Shown here in pieces: positions 28,957 to 38,767 of a stretch of 49,453 nucleotides of DNA (within the stretch, counting starts at the first letter, position 1; each line of letters opens with the position of its first letter). Below the pieces are notes generated by a model. That model searched no databases. It was not told the DNA's origin and was given only the letters and a program-made list of their open reading frames with translations. Made by a program: the position numbers and the translations under genes. The stretch comes from Pedobacter sp. (GTDB taxonomy: Bacteria > Bacteroidota > Bacteroidia > Sphingobacteriales > Sphingobacteriaceae), in NCBI GenBank assembly GCA_036388375.1, contig DASVRX010000188.1, forward strand, positions 1 to 49,453, given 5' to 3'.

Positions 28957-31900
28957 ATTTCAACCCAAGATCTATAGTTTATCGACTCTCAATATCAGAC
29001 AGCATTTTAACTGCGACTACCGTTTTAATGACTTCCGCACCGATTTTAGTGGCGAAAGTGGAAGCGGTAAAAGCCTTATTGCCGACTTTATTCAACTGCT
29101 TTTAGTAGGCTCCCGTGTGTTCAAATCGGGAACAGAAGGCGTAAGCAATAGAGATACAAGTGGTCTTGTTCTCAAAAATGGCGGCGGGAAATACGGACGT
29201 GGCTATATTTTCATCAACATCGAAATACAATCCCGCAAATACATCACTTTGGGAGGCTATCTCGACACGACCAGTACGCAAATGCAATTTTTCATCATAC
29301 AGGCTGGTTATGACTTTGATGAGACACTGCTGCCTATGAATGACCCTGTTTTTTACAGAGATTTGCTGCTGGATGGACAAATCGAAACACTGGAAAACCT
29401 TGAAAAAAGATTTTCGGAAAAAGGTTACCTTAAAGGAGTAAGCAATAAAAAATACCATCACTTACTTTTTAACAACGGTATACTCGCCGTAGATCTTAGC
29501 CAAAGTCAACAAAGTTTGAAAAGCTATGCGGCAATTATCCGCGCCTTCTCCAGAGGAAAAGGTTTTTTTACCGATTCAGATGTTCTCAAAACATTTCTTT
29601 TTGGAGATAACGACCACAAACAGCTTATTGACAAATACCGTGAAGAAGTACAAAACATTAATTTAGACCAGCTGCAACACTATCGCTTATTAGATGAAAT
29701 AGCCACCATTAGAAGCAAGGAGCAAAAAATAGAACATGTGTTGCATGATTTCAATACTTACAACCGACTTAAAAAACAATTCAGCCTGGAAAACGTCAGT
29801 TTCTGGTATCTGGAAACCGATCAAATTGCTAAAAAATTTGAGCAATTAACACAAGAATACCAAACCAACCAGATCAAAAGGCTCTTGACCAAAAAAAAAT
29901 TGGCCACTGTCAAACTAACTGACATTAAAGACCAACATAAAGCTCTCTCCGTATTAAAAAGCAACAGTGAAGATACAGAACAGAAAAAAGAAAAACTCGA
30001 AATTGAATGGCAACAAGCCAAAAAAATGCTCGACGAAAGCACCAAATACAAAGACATCATAGATAAAGTAACTAGTTGGCTTACAGAAGACCGACAAGAT
30101 GCAGATGCCATAAGACAATGGCATCAGGCAGAACGCTCTAAAGTAACAGACGAAGAAAATCAAAAAGCATTCGAAAGATTTCTTATAGAAACCAAACTGA
30201 AGCACGAGTTTGAACAATCGGACTGGTTTATTAATTATGCAGCAGCAGGAAAATTGACTTTGCAAAAAATGAAAGACTTTGAAGAAGCCATTACGAAGCT
30301 CGAAACACAGCTTGTATTTTCAGATTTAGACAATCCAGCGTCATTGGCCCATTGGGCAATAGAGCAGCTCGATTTGCCTCTCACCCTTGAACAAGAAAGC
30401 CTACTCATTCATTTCCAAGAATTATCGCGAATAGCTCCCAATCCACCAGGAAAGCGCTATCTCCCTTTTCCTGAGAAACTATTTAAAAAACCACTTACTT
30501 TTAAAGCAGGGGACAACGGATTTTGGTTGGAATTAAGCGGCATCCACGAATTTATCACGAACGTACCAAAGCAACATCTCAATGTACCTGCCAAGCAAAT
30601 CCAACTGGATCGGGATCCGCTCGACGCCTTGAAACAACAACTTAAAAATTTAAGGCATGAGCAACAAAGCTTCCAAAATCTAAAAGAAAAATTAGAAAGC
30701 TATCCTGCATTAGAAAAAGCAATATCCCTCTACAAAGCCAGTCAAGAGGAACTGTTTATCAAAATTGATGAAATTGCAGAACTCACATCGACAGAACTGG
30801 AAAGACAGCTATCAATTTTTCAAGACGCTGAGCAACATAAGGTAACTTACAGAAGCCGTAACGAAGTCCATGACACGGCCTTTGCCAGGCATAGCCATAG
30901 CCAGCAGCAGAACAAGGACAATCAGGAAAAAATCGTTCAGATTGAAAGCTATATGTCCAAACAATACGGTTCTATCGACTTTGAACAGTTGGCAAAAACA
31001 GAAGAAACTCTTCTTCTTAATTTTGATAAAGATTTACAAGATCTCATAAAAGCCGAAAATATATCACTTCCAATCATTCATAAAATGGAAAACGATTTAT
31101 TTAAAACTAATCTGCCTATCAACAAGCTTTACGAAATGCATAATGCAGTTGATACTAAACACACAGAGACTAGGGCAAGATTTGAACTGTACCAAAGCAG
31201 CCACAGTTCCAGTATGTTCAAACTCAATGAAGCAACTATAAAATTTGCAGGAGAACACCTTCGTGATTTTACAGCCGAGCAGGATTTGATTAAAATGGAA
31301 CAACAGCCGGCAGAAACCCAAATCACAGATGCATATAGCAAATTCAAAGCCACCTACGATTCAGCTTCTGAAGAAATTGAAGACAAAACCATCTTAAAAG
31401 ACTATTCAGTAGGTGTACTAGCGAACAAGTTATTGCCTACCGTTTTTCTTACGCAACAGATACAAGAAGAACTAATTGGCGAACAGATTGAAAAACGACT
31501 TACTGACCTAACTAATGATTTGCAGCGAATAGGATCAAGAAAAATTGATATTCTTCACAATATTTTTAAAGAGGTTGTAAACGCCTACAATGGATATTTG
31601 ACTAAGGTACAAGGAATAGACAACTACTTGTCAAAAAATAAAATTACTGGCGGCACTTATGCAACTTTGCAACATAAACCGGCTCTTGGTTACCCCGACG
31701 ATTGGATGAAAGTTTTCAGAAAACGCCTCACCAACGAAATGCAGGAAGTGGGCATATTTGCGCCAACCAATAAGCAGGACATCGACGATATTATGATTAG
31801 TGTATTCCGTGAAGCAAAGGGTACCCGAGAAGCCACGGTAAGCGACCTGCTAAACCCACGCTCCTACTTTGACCTCCTTTTTGAAATCAAACAAGGAGGT

Positions 31901-32257
31901 CATAAAAATTCTGGAAGTAATGGACAAACCTATACCGCCAATGCATTGCTCTGCCTTGCCAGATTATCTCTCATTGAAGCTGACGACCGCGCAGGAATAA
32001 GGATAATGCCGATAGACGAAGCGGAAGGTCTAGGAAGCAACTACGAAATGTTGCACAAATTAGCACGAAAGGAAAATTATCAAATCGTTACCATGTCAAT
32101 CGAAACGGCGGGTGACATTAATGAGGAAGGGCAATTTATCTATATCATGCATGATAATAAAGATGCAGATGACTTGACCTATGTGCCGCCCTTAGCTATC
32201 TTCCACAAAGGACAATTAACAGATAACATAGATGAAATTTTTGAAGAAACTACATAG
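28949..32257 (+). CDS. Wadjet JetC/MksB-like SMC ATPase
   Basis: Walker A GESGSGKS, long coiled coils, SGSNGQ signature, Walker B PIDEAEG. Confidence 0.8.
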   Translation: MAKFQPKIYSLSTLNIRQHFNCDYRFNDFRTDFSGESGSGKSLIADFIQLLLVGSRVFKSGTEGVSNRDTSGLVLKNGGGKYGRGYIFINIEIQSRKYITLGGYLDTTSTQMQFFIIQAGYDFDETLLPMNDPVFYRDLLLDGQIETLENLEKRFSEKGYLKGVSNKKYHHLLFNNGILAVDLSQSQQSLKSYAAIIRAFSRGKGFFTDSDVLKTFLFGDNDHKQLIDKYREEVQNINLDQLQHYRLLDEIATIRSKEQKIEHVLHDFNTYNRLKKQFSLENVSFWYLETDQIAKKFEQLTQEYQTNQIKRLLTKKKLATVKLTDIKDQHKALSVLKSNSEDTEQKKEKLEIEWQQAKKMLDESTKYKDIIDKVTSWLTEDRQDADAIRQWHQAERSKVTDEENQKAFERFLIETKLKHEFEQSDWFINYAAAGKLTLQKMKDFEEAITKLETQLVFSDLDNPASLAHWAIEQLDLPLTLEQESLLIHFQELSRIAPNPPGKRYLPFPEKLFKKPLTFKAGDNGFWLELSGIHEFITNVPKQHLNVPAKQIQLDRDPLDALKQQLKNLRHEQQSFQNLKEKLESYPALEKAISLYKASQEELFIKIDEIAELTSTELERQLSIFQDAEQHKVTYRSRNEVHDTAFARHSHSQQQNKDNQEKIVQIESYMSKQYGSIDFEQLAKTEETLLLNFDKDLQDLIKAENISLPIIHKMENDLFKTNLPINKLYEMHNAVDTKHTETRARFELYQSSHSSSMFKLNEATIKFAGEHLRDFTAEQDLIKMEQQPAETQITDAYSKFKATYDSASEEIEDKTILKDYSVGVLANKLLPTVFLTQQIQEELIGEQIEKRLTDLTNDLQRIGSRKIDILHNIFKEVVNAYNGYLTKVQGIDNYLSKNKITGGTYATLQHKPALGYPDDWMKVFRKRLTNEMQEVGIFAPTNKQDIDDIMISVFREAKGTREATVSDLLNPRSYFDLLFEIKQGGHKNSGSNGQTYTANALLCLARLSLIEADDRAGIRIMPIDEAEGLGSNYEMLHKLARKENYQIVTMSIETAGDINEEGQFIYIMHDNKDADDLTYVPPLAIFHKGQLTDNIDEIFEETT

Positions 32258-33197
32258 CAAAGACTTTACATGGCCAGTATTGAAAGCGCTGAACGATCTG
32301 TATGAAAAACAGAAAACAGCAGCGAAAATTCAGCAAGTCGACTATATCCGGTACTTAATGACGAAAACCGAGCTAATTGTTCAAAAAAAAGGCAATAGCA
32401 ATGTACTAGTACCAGGGGATGGTTATGAAGAATATTACGAAACCAATTTTCAATCTGCTTATCAATACTACTACAAATTTTTAAGTGAAATAGGCATCCG
32501 ACCGGATGGAGGAAAGAACTTTACTGAAGAGGATATCCGGACATTAATAGTAATCTATGAAAGCAGATACGAATTGAGAGGGAACCTTACAAATATTGAG
32601 GACTTCTCGGGAAAGATTTTTGATTACGCAGGTTCCAAATATTTAAAATACAGAAATAGCGTCCGAAAGGCAGTATTGAAAATTTTAGAAATAGATGAAT
32701 TTCCACAAACTTCTAAAGATTTGCAATACCGGTTAGTAGTAGATCATCCGAAGCCCCAAGCCATTATACTATGCGAAAACAAATCTTTCTTGAAACAACC
32801 TTGGAATGCGAAAGAACTTGCTGTTAAACTATGGCACGTTGGAGGCAACAACATATCAATATTAGATGACATTGATCATAAGGAGTTTGCGTACCCAATA
32901 TATTATAGTTGCGACTGGGATTTTCATGGCTTATTGATTTATCAGCGTATAAGCGACAAGCTAAAAAACCGGGGAGTAAAAGTTAAAATTCTCACACCAC
33001 CACCACCTCACTCCTATCTTCCAACTTCTTCATTTATGCATAAGAGCAACTGGAGCTATCAAGGCGAGTTTTCAGGATTGAATCGAACTATGTTCTCGCC
33101 TATGGAACAGGATCTGATTGTTAAATTAATTAAAAATGATGTTTGGATAGAAGAAGAAAGTAATGTACTTCATGATATGTACTTGTACAATATATAG
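32232..33197 (+). CDS. Wadjet JetD/MksG Toprim nuclease
   Basis: Toprim motifs ILCEN, VGGNN, YYSCDWDFHGLLIY, IEEE. Confidence 0.8.
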   Translation: MKFLKKLHSKDFTWPVLKALNDLYEKQKTAAKIQQVDYIRYLMTKTELIVQKKGNSNVLVPGDGYEEYYETNFQSAYQYYYKFLSEIGIRPDGGKNFTEEDIRTLIVIYESRYELRGNLTNIEDFSGKIFDYAGSKYLKYRNSVRKAVLKILEIDEFPQTSKDLQYRLVVDHPKPQAIILCENKSFLKQPWNAKELAVKLWHVGGNNISILDDIDHKEFAYPIYYSCDWDFHGLLIYQRISDKLKNRGVKVKILTPPPPHSYLPTSSFMHKSNWSYQGEFSGLNRTMFSPMEQDLIVKLIKNDVWIEEESNVLHDMYLYNI

Positions 33198-33379
33198 CTA
33201 ATATCCGCCCTGCGACTTGAGCACTTTACATACCATCGTTCTTTTTAATCGAATAGTCCCTTTTTTATTCCTTGTAATCGGTTGTCTCTCTATAACATAT
33301 AGAACAATAAATTATTAATTCCCAGAATTCGACATTTGTTACTTTAAAATTCTAGCTTTTCAGGGAATATGAAGAATTA

Positions 33380-33709
33380 ATGCCTAATATCTTGGAAGGT
33401 GAAAGTCTCCTTAATGATGCATCCTCGCTTATTATTTTTCGTTTTGCTCTAATACTAAACATTTTACCCGCCGAACAAGTTGAACAAAGTCCAATCCTGC
33501 AACAGATGAAACTTAAATGGGAGTCGGGCAACAATGACGACGGGAGAACAATGAACGATGAGATCAAGGTCATCTATAATTCAATACTTCAAAAGCAGCG
33601 GGAATATCTGATCAACGAGAAAAGGTCACACGAACGGCTGGATGAAAATATTATTCGAAAGTACCTGCACCGAATTGACATGGAAGAAGAAAAATTACAT
33701 TTAATGTAA
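33380..33709 (+). pseudogene. Internally deleted Na+/H+ antiporter (CPA1) remnant
   Basis: ILEGESLLNDASSLIIFRFAL (CPA1 signature) joined directly to a C-terminal tail IIRKYLHRIDMEEEKL. Confidence 0.7.
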
Positions 33710-34337
33710 TTATCTCCATCCGCCTCCCAATGCACGATACAATTCAACCACCGCCTGTAATTGTTGCAATCTGTCATTCACGCTGCCTAATTCAGCCGGC
33801 AGCAGGCTCTGTCGTGCAAGGATCGCTTCATTATAATTAGCAAATTCGTTTCGAAGTAGCTCTCGTGTATATTCTACCGATCTTGAGAGCGCATCAATTT
33901 GGTTCCTGCGTACCGCTATTTTATCCTGTGCCGTTTCATGTAGAGACAGTGCATCAGAGACTACCTGCCCGGCCTAAGCAGAGTATTTTGAAAAGACAAA
34001 ATTGCAGCTTGTAATTCTTCTCGCGTAACAGCAAGGTTTGCACGATTTAGTCCGCGGTTGAAAATGGGTTCGAATAGCCCTGCTCCTATGCTAGCAGCAA
34101 AAGATACAGGATCGAACAACCTGTTTAGGCCCTTTTCGATCAGGTTCTGCAGGATCGTATCGGTAAAAACTTCTTTAAAAAGCACGGCTCCAATTCCGCT
34201 TGTATCAGGTGCTACGAAATCTCGAAATAGATCTCCCGATGGCCTGCCAGGGGAATCATATTTTTTCGTTACTCCGCATGAACCGATATTATGAATATTA
34301 AGGTATAGAGCGAAGGGTATACTATAAGCTTTTTCAT
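33710..34337 (-). pseudogene. Efflux outer-membrane factor (NodT/TolC family lipoprotein) remnant
   Basis: Frameshifted signal peptide (MKKLIVY.../GSCGVTKKY), FTDTILQNLIEKGL, GLFEPIFNRG, terminal VELYRALGGGWR*; only ~630 bp, with an internal deletion. Confidence 0.75.
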
Positions 34338-34417
34338 TAGCTGACTTTAATAATTAAAATTCTAATAGGTTGAAACCGGTTGTTGACCTTCACCGTTCTG
34401 CTGGTTTGGCGGGCCAC

Positions 34418-34577
34418 TTATCCGCTCGTGTAGTGTTTGAGAACGACAAACAAAGCAGGAATCGCAAATACTCCTAATAATGTTCCTATCAACATTCCTC
34501 CTACCGCACCAGTTCCAATTAAACGGTTACCAACTGAACCGGCACCCGATGCAAACATCAGCGGCACCAATCCGAGG
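34418..34577 (-). pseudogene. C-terminal fragment of an RND efflux permease (AcrB family)
   Basis: LGLVPLMFASGAGSVGNRLIGTGAVGGMLIGTLLGVFAIPALFVV matches the last two TM helices of AcrB-type proteins. Confidence 0.75.
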
Positions 34578-35130
34578 TATAAGGAAGGAAATAAGAGCGC
34601 TTTCTCTCGCCGCAAAATGTCCGGCATCCAGCCCCGAAAATTCTGTGTCGGTCCAGCGGGTATTATGGTGGGCTGCATCTTCACGTATCCTTTTGTGGCT
34701 ACTATCGGGGTACAGTAGGCTAATTCCTTTACCACGAAGGGCAAGTTTATGCTTGATCCGAAGGTAGATCTGCAGCCCTGCCAAGTCCCAGTCGCAGATA
34801 TAGTACAATGTGCGCGCAAACTCCGACGCAATGTCATCAACAATTTTAATATTGTTGTCCCCCACATACCAAAGCTTTATCTGAAGTACCCTCGCGACCA
34901 ATGGCTGTTTTAAAAGGGATTTGTTTTCGCAGAATACGACTGCCACAGGATTGGGATGGTCGCCCACCAATCGCCACTGATGCTCCTTAGCTTCATGGCT
35001 AAAGCTACTGATGCCAAGAATTTAAAAGACTGCATCGCGCACGCTGCTTTTGCGTTTAAGGTATTTGGAGCTTCCGAAGATTTTACTTGGTGCGATTTCA
35101 GCTTTTACGGTCTGCAAAGTATTTAATATT
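34578..35130 (-). pseudogene. Degenerate second jetD/mksG copy, inverted
   Basis: SKYLKRKSSVRDAVF*ILG...DHPNPVAVVFCENKSLLKQP...KLWYVGDNN...YYICDWDLAGLQIY aligns with 32232-33197; in-frame TAA near 35022; both ends lost. Confidence 0.8.
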
Positions 35131-35215
35131 TTTTTGCTTCCTTTAATAATTTTTCTCACTGTTCTTGATAATCAACGACTTACATCATAAAAATTATTAG
35201 ATATATACGCTATAT

Positions 35216-35245
35216 ATGTTACAATTTTGTATATATTTGTAACAT
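35216..35245 (+). promoter_or_regulatory. Inverted-repeat operator overlapping a Bacteroidetes -7 promoter box
   Basis: ATGTTACAA-N12-TTGTAACAT (35216-35224 / 35237-35245) overlaps TATATTTG (35232-35239) and the ATG at 35244. Confidence 0.6.
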
Positions 35246-35852
35246 GTCGTCCACTCACAACCTTATTATTGAAAAAATTAAAAAGCGTAGCGGCGGGAGT
35301 ATATTTTTCCCCAATGATTTTCGTGGACTCGGCTCGGATGACGCTATCAAAATGAGTCTTAGTAGGCATGCAGAGAATGGGAGGCTTGAAAGGATAGCAC
35401 ACGGTATATATTATAAACCACATAAATATTCGAAGGATCGGTCGCCTTCTCTGGAATCCATAGCTGTGGCCATTGCAAAAAAAGAGCGGATCCTGATAAA
35501 ACCATCGGGTCTAAATGCCTTGTACAAGTTGAGCATGGTATCCACTGCGCCAGTCGATTTGGTTTACATAACAGATGGCGAACCCCGCAATATCCTTGTG
35601 GACGGAAAAAGATTAATATTTAAATCGACCACACCAAAAAAACTTAATCTTTCCACGGAAACGAGTGGATTGCTAATACAAGCTCTTGAAGAAATTGGAA
35701 GAAATGCTGTTGATGATTCCGTAGTTACAAAGGTTAAGGTCCATTTAAAAAAAATAGATCAGCACACCCTGGATGCCGACCTGAAATTGGCTCCTGCCTG
35801 GATCTATAATCTAATTTACAAGTTAAACGAACAAATAAAATTATCACTATGA
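35244..35852 (+). CDS. DUF6088 family protein (AbiEi-like winged-helix antitoxin/regulator)
   Basis: IFFPNDF..LGS.DAI...LSR....G.LERIAHGIYYKP, VYITDG.PR.I, LLIQAL, APAWI. Confidence 0.8.
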   Translation: MSSTHNLIIEKIKKRSGGSIFFPNDFRGLGSDDAIKMSLSRHAENGRLERIAHGIYYKPHKYSKDRSPSLESIAVAIAKKERILIKPSGLNALYKLSMVSTAPVDLVYITDGEPRNILVDGKRLIFKSTTPKKLNLSTETSGLLIQALEEIGRNAVDDSVVTKVKVHLKKIDQHTLDADLKLAPAWIYNLIYKLNEQIKLSL

Positions 35853-36628
35853 ATACGCTACTAGATACTAATGACCAGGTTTGGCATGAGCTGTGCTATT
35901 ATGCAACACAGCTTCCAAATGAACATGACGAGTTGCTGCCTGGATTAAAGTGGGGGGATTGTAGCCAGCTCTATACCCCTGCTTTCTGGAAAATGCAATA
36001 TATTTCCCATAAACAGGTTGACGATTCAAATACAATTTATAAACTCGGCACAACAATCCTTGAAGAAATTGTAGTATGCCTTCTGGGTGGGTTTGGAATG
36101 CCTTCCGAATTGGGCCTTGCAGCTTTTGAAAGGTTGAAGCAATATAATTTAATCAGGCCTAAAGTGGCATTTGAAGATTTATACCAAGCGCTTTATGAAC
36201 CCTTTACTTTTGAAGGCGGGCGCAGCGTCAGGTACCGGTTTTATAACCAAAAAGCGAGATATTTATCTAAATTATTAAACAGGGACGATTTAGAACAGAT
36301 ACCATTAGATAATGACATTCAGTTTAGGAATTGGCTGTTGACTGTGGATGGGATCGGGTTAAAGACTGCTTCCTGGATAACCAGAAACTGGCTCAATAGC
36401 GATAATGTTGCAATTTTAGATATTCATATTTTGCGCGCTGGTGTCTTAGCAGGGTTTTACCAGAACAATATTGAAAACCTGGATAAGCATTATTTATCCC
36501 TCGAAAAGAAATATTTGGAATTCTGCAATGCCCTGGATGTTTCTTCTTCAATAATGGATGCAATAATTTGGGACTTTATGAAAAAAAATAATAAATTAGC
36601 ACTCCATGCGTTAAAATACACTAATTAA
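35849..36628 (+). CDS. HhH-superfamily DNA glycosylase (8-oxoguanine glycosylase/OGG-like)
   Basis: EEIVVCLLGG, YRFYNQKA, HhH motif VDGIGLKTASW with catalytic Lys, ILDIHILR with catalytic Asp, DAIIW. Confidence 0.8.
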   Translation: MNTLLDTNDQVWHELCYYATQLPNEHDELLPGLKWGDCSQLYTPAFWKMQYISHKQVDDSNTIYKLGTTILEEIVVCLLGGFGMPSELGLAAFERLKQYNLIRPKVAFEDLYQALYEPFTFEGGRSVRYRFYNQKARYLSKLLNRDDLEQIPLDNDIQFRNWLLTVDGIGLKTASWITRNWLNSDNVAILDIHILRAGVLAGFYQNNIENLDKHYLSLEKKYLEFCNALDVSSSIMDAIIWDFMKKNNKLALHALKYTN

Positions 36629-36637
36629 AACATCTAC

Positions 36638-36973
36638 ATGTCAGGAAGCAACCCCTCGGATGACTCTCCCTTTGTGGGAGGATCATCTAATTTAACAGAT
36701 TGCATCAACTTGACCGGTCGTGGCACAATCATGTCACCAGATCCGGCAATCCTACATTTGTTGAGCATCGGCGATCTCGTAATGATTAGTTTACGTTCAG
36801 TCACTGGTCCTTTGCAGGCACTAACCCAAGCCGGACAACTGATCGGTAATATATTTTTATCCGGTAATCTTTCTGCTACATTTATTACATGCATAAATGA
36901 TGTGAACGAATACAAGGGGAAAATAACTTCCCTAGATGGTGGTCTATGCGAAATCTACATTTCACTAAGATGA
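36638..36973 (+). CDS. Small hypothetical protein, Ser/Gly-rich N-terminal tail + possible HIRAN-like beta domain
   Basis: 9 nt after the glycosylase stop; TGA overlaps the next ATG (ATGA 36970-36973). Confidence 0.65.
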   Translation: MSGSNPSDDSPFVGGSSNLTDCINLTGRGTIMSPDPAILHLLSIGDLVMISLRSVTGPLQALTQAGQLIGNIFLSGNLSATFITCINDVNEYKGKITSLDGGLCEIYISLR

Positions 36974-38184
36974 TAGTCGTTGGAGGGACCTACGATGAGT
37001 ACTGCTTTGAACCAAGGTGGGAAATGAAATTTGGTTCCGGACTTAGGGCATGCTGGGTTCTGGGACGCCTAAATCCTGATAGGGAAATTACATTCTATTC
37101 TTTCGGCGATAAAACAACAACCGAATTCCTGGCAATTGTTGCCGAAGAAATTAACTTAAAGCCCATGATTACGTCTATTCCGAAGACCGTTCAGTTTCGG
37201 TATGATTATCCCTTGGCAGATCCGGTAGTAATTCCACGCCCAGACACCTTGAACCCCCACAGTAACAGTATTGAAGTGATGGGAGAAAATATACTGTACT
37301 ATGGCATGATTGAGGGCAATGCTGTCGTTTCAGGCAATAAAGTTATCTACGACCCTCAGTCACCCTCAAATCCACTACCCTTCTCCGCTACGGGTTCAAG
37401 AGCGAAGCAATTGGCAGTGGTTGTCAATATTGTGGAAGCAAAAAAAATTGTAGGCATTAAAGAAGCGGATCTTAAAGCTATTGAAGATTTCTTTTTTATA
37501 GAAGAGAAAGCCGAAGTCCTTGTCCTTAAAATGGGCGCTAAAGGAGCATTAGTGAAAACGAATACTGGAAAGGAAGAAATTATACCTGTGTATGAAACTA
37601 GCTCAGTTTGGCCTATTGGATCCGGAGATGTCTTCGCAGCCTCATTCGCACATTATTGGATAGAATCAGAAGATCCAATACATGCAGCAAGATTGGCCTC
37701 TTGGAACACAGCAGTTTACTGCAACACCCGCAACTTTAACTTTACACCTTTCGAAAGTAACCCGGACATAAAACCGTTTAAGATATTTGACTATCCAATA
37801 GGCCAAATTTACCTTGCTGGACCTTTTTTTACATTCTCGGAACGTTGGCTTGTAGACCAGATTTTTAAATGTCTGCAGGCTATGAATCTCAGAGTTTTTT
37901 CCCCATGGCACCATGTTGGCCTTGGTGATGCCTCCACAGTTGTACCGCTGGATATAAAAGGGCTTAATGAATCCAAATTAGTGTTTGCGATTTTGGATGG
38001 CTTAGATTCGGGAACTTTATTTGAAATTGGTTTTGCTATTGCAAAGGGCAGTACTGTAATTGGCTATGTTGAGAACGAAAGTTCGGAAAGCATAAAAATG
38101 CTGGAAGGCACCGATTGTATCATCGAAAGAGATCTGACAACTGCAATATATAAGTCCTTATGGGCATTAGCAAAAAATGAGTAA
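36970..38184 (+). CDS. PfkB/ribokinase-family kinase fused to nucleoside 2-deoxyribosyltransferase-like domain
   Basis: PfkB: GSGLRA, LKMGAKGA, IGSGDVFAA; NDT: IYLAGPFF, FSP, DG.DSGTLFEIGFA. ATG 36970 preferred to 36946. Confidence 0.85.
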   Translation: MIVVGGTYDEYCFEPRWEMKFGSGLRACWVLGRLNPDREITFYSFGDKTTTEFLAIVAEEINLKPMITSIPKTVQFRYDYPLADPVVIPRPDTLNPHSNSIEVMGENILYYGMIEGNAVVSGNKVIYDPQSPSNPLPFSATGSRAKQLAVVVNIVEAKKIVGIKEADLKAIEDFFFIEEKAEVLVLKMGAKGALVKTNTGKEEIIPVYETSSVWPIGSGDVFAASFAHYWIESEDPIHAARLASWNTAVYCNTRNFNFTPFESNPDIKPFKIFDYPIGQIYLAGPFFTFSERWLVDQIFKCLQAMNLRVFSPWHHVGLGDASTVVPLDIKGLNESKLVFAILDGLDSGTLFEIGFAIAKGSTVIGYVENESSESIKMLEGTDCIIERDLTTAIYKSLWALAKNE

Positions 38185-38767
38185 GGGTATACTATTATCC
38201 GGTGGTATGGATTCAATATCACTTGCTTACTGGGTAAGACCGGAAATAGCTATAACTATTGATTACGGGCAGGCAGCGGCAGAAACCGAAATCAGGATGA
38301 GTTCCATCATCGCTGGAAATTTAGGCATCGAGCATCATACAATTAAGGTAGACTGCAGCAGCTTGGGGAGCGGAGACTTAATCAACAGCACAGCTATAAA
38401 TGAATCACCATCATCCGAGTGGTGGCCTTACCGAAACCAGTTGTTAATAACATTGGCCTGTATGAAAGGTATTAGTTTAGGACTAAAAGAACTGATTTTG
38501 GGCTCTGTTAAATCTGACGGGTTTCATAAAGATGGGACGTATGAATTTTACAATCGCATGAACTCCCTAATGGAGTATCAGGAGGAGGAAATTAAAATAT
38601 TAAGTCCCTGCATTGAAATGTCCACAGTTGAGCTAATAAAGGTTTCAGGAATCCCAAAATCATTACTGCATTGGGCTCATTCCTGCCATACTTCCAATAT
38701 ACCCTGCGGTAAATGCCGGGGATGCAACAAATACGGAAAAACCCTTAATGAATTGTACGCAGAGTAA
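38177..38767 (+). CDS. QueC-like (7-cyano-7-deazaguanine synthase family) PP-loop ATPase
   Basis: LLSGGMDS, IDYGQ, PYRNQ, zinc site CHTSNIPCGKCRGC. Confidence 0.85.
   Translation: MSKGILLSGGMDSISLAYWVRPEIAITIDYGQAAAETEIRMSSIIAGNLGIEHHTIKVDCSSLGSGDLINSTAINESPSSEWWPYRNQLLITLACMKGISLGLKELILGSVKSDGFHKDGTYEFYNRMNSLMEYQEEEIKILSPCIEMSTVELIKVSGIPKSLLHWAHSCHTSNIPCGKCRGCNKYGKTLNELYAE

Noticed and set aside
34418-34970. 149-aa and 147-aa ORFs as real genes
   Set aside because: Both are chimeric read-throughs across the jetD/RND-permease deletion junction.
38177-38767. Housekeeping queC, Dpd, QatABCD or type IV CBASS
   Set aside because: None of the required partners (queDE/folE, dpdA/tgt, TatD + KAP ATPase, CD-NTase) is present.
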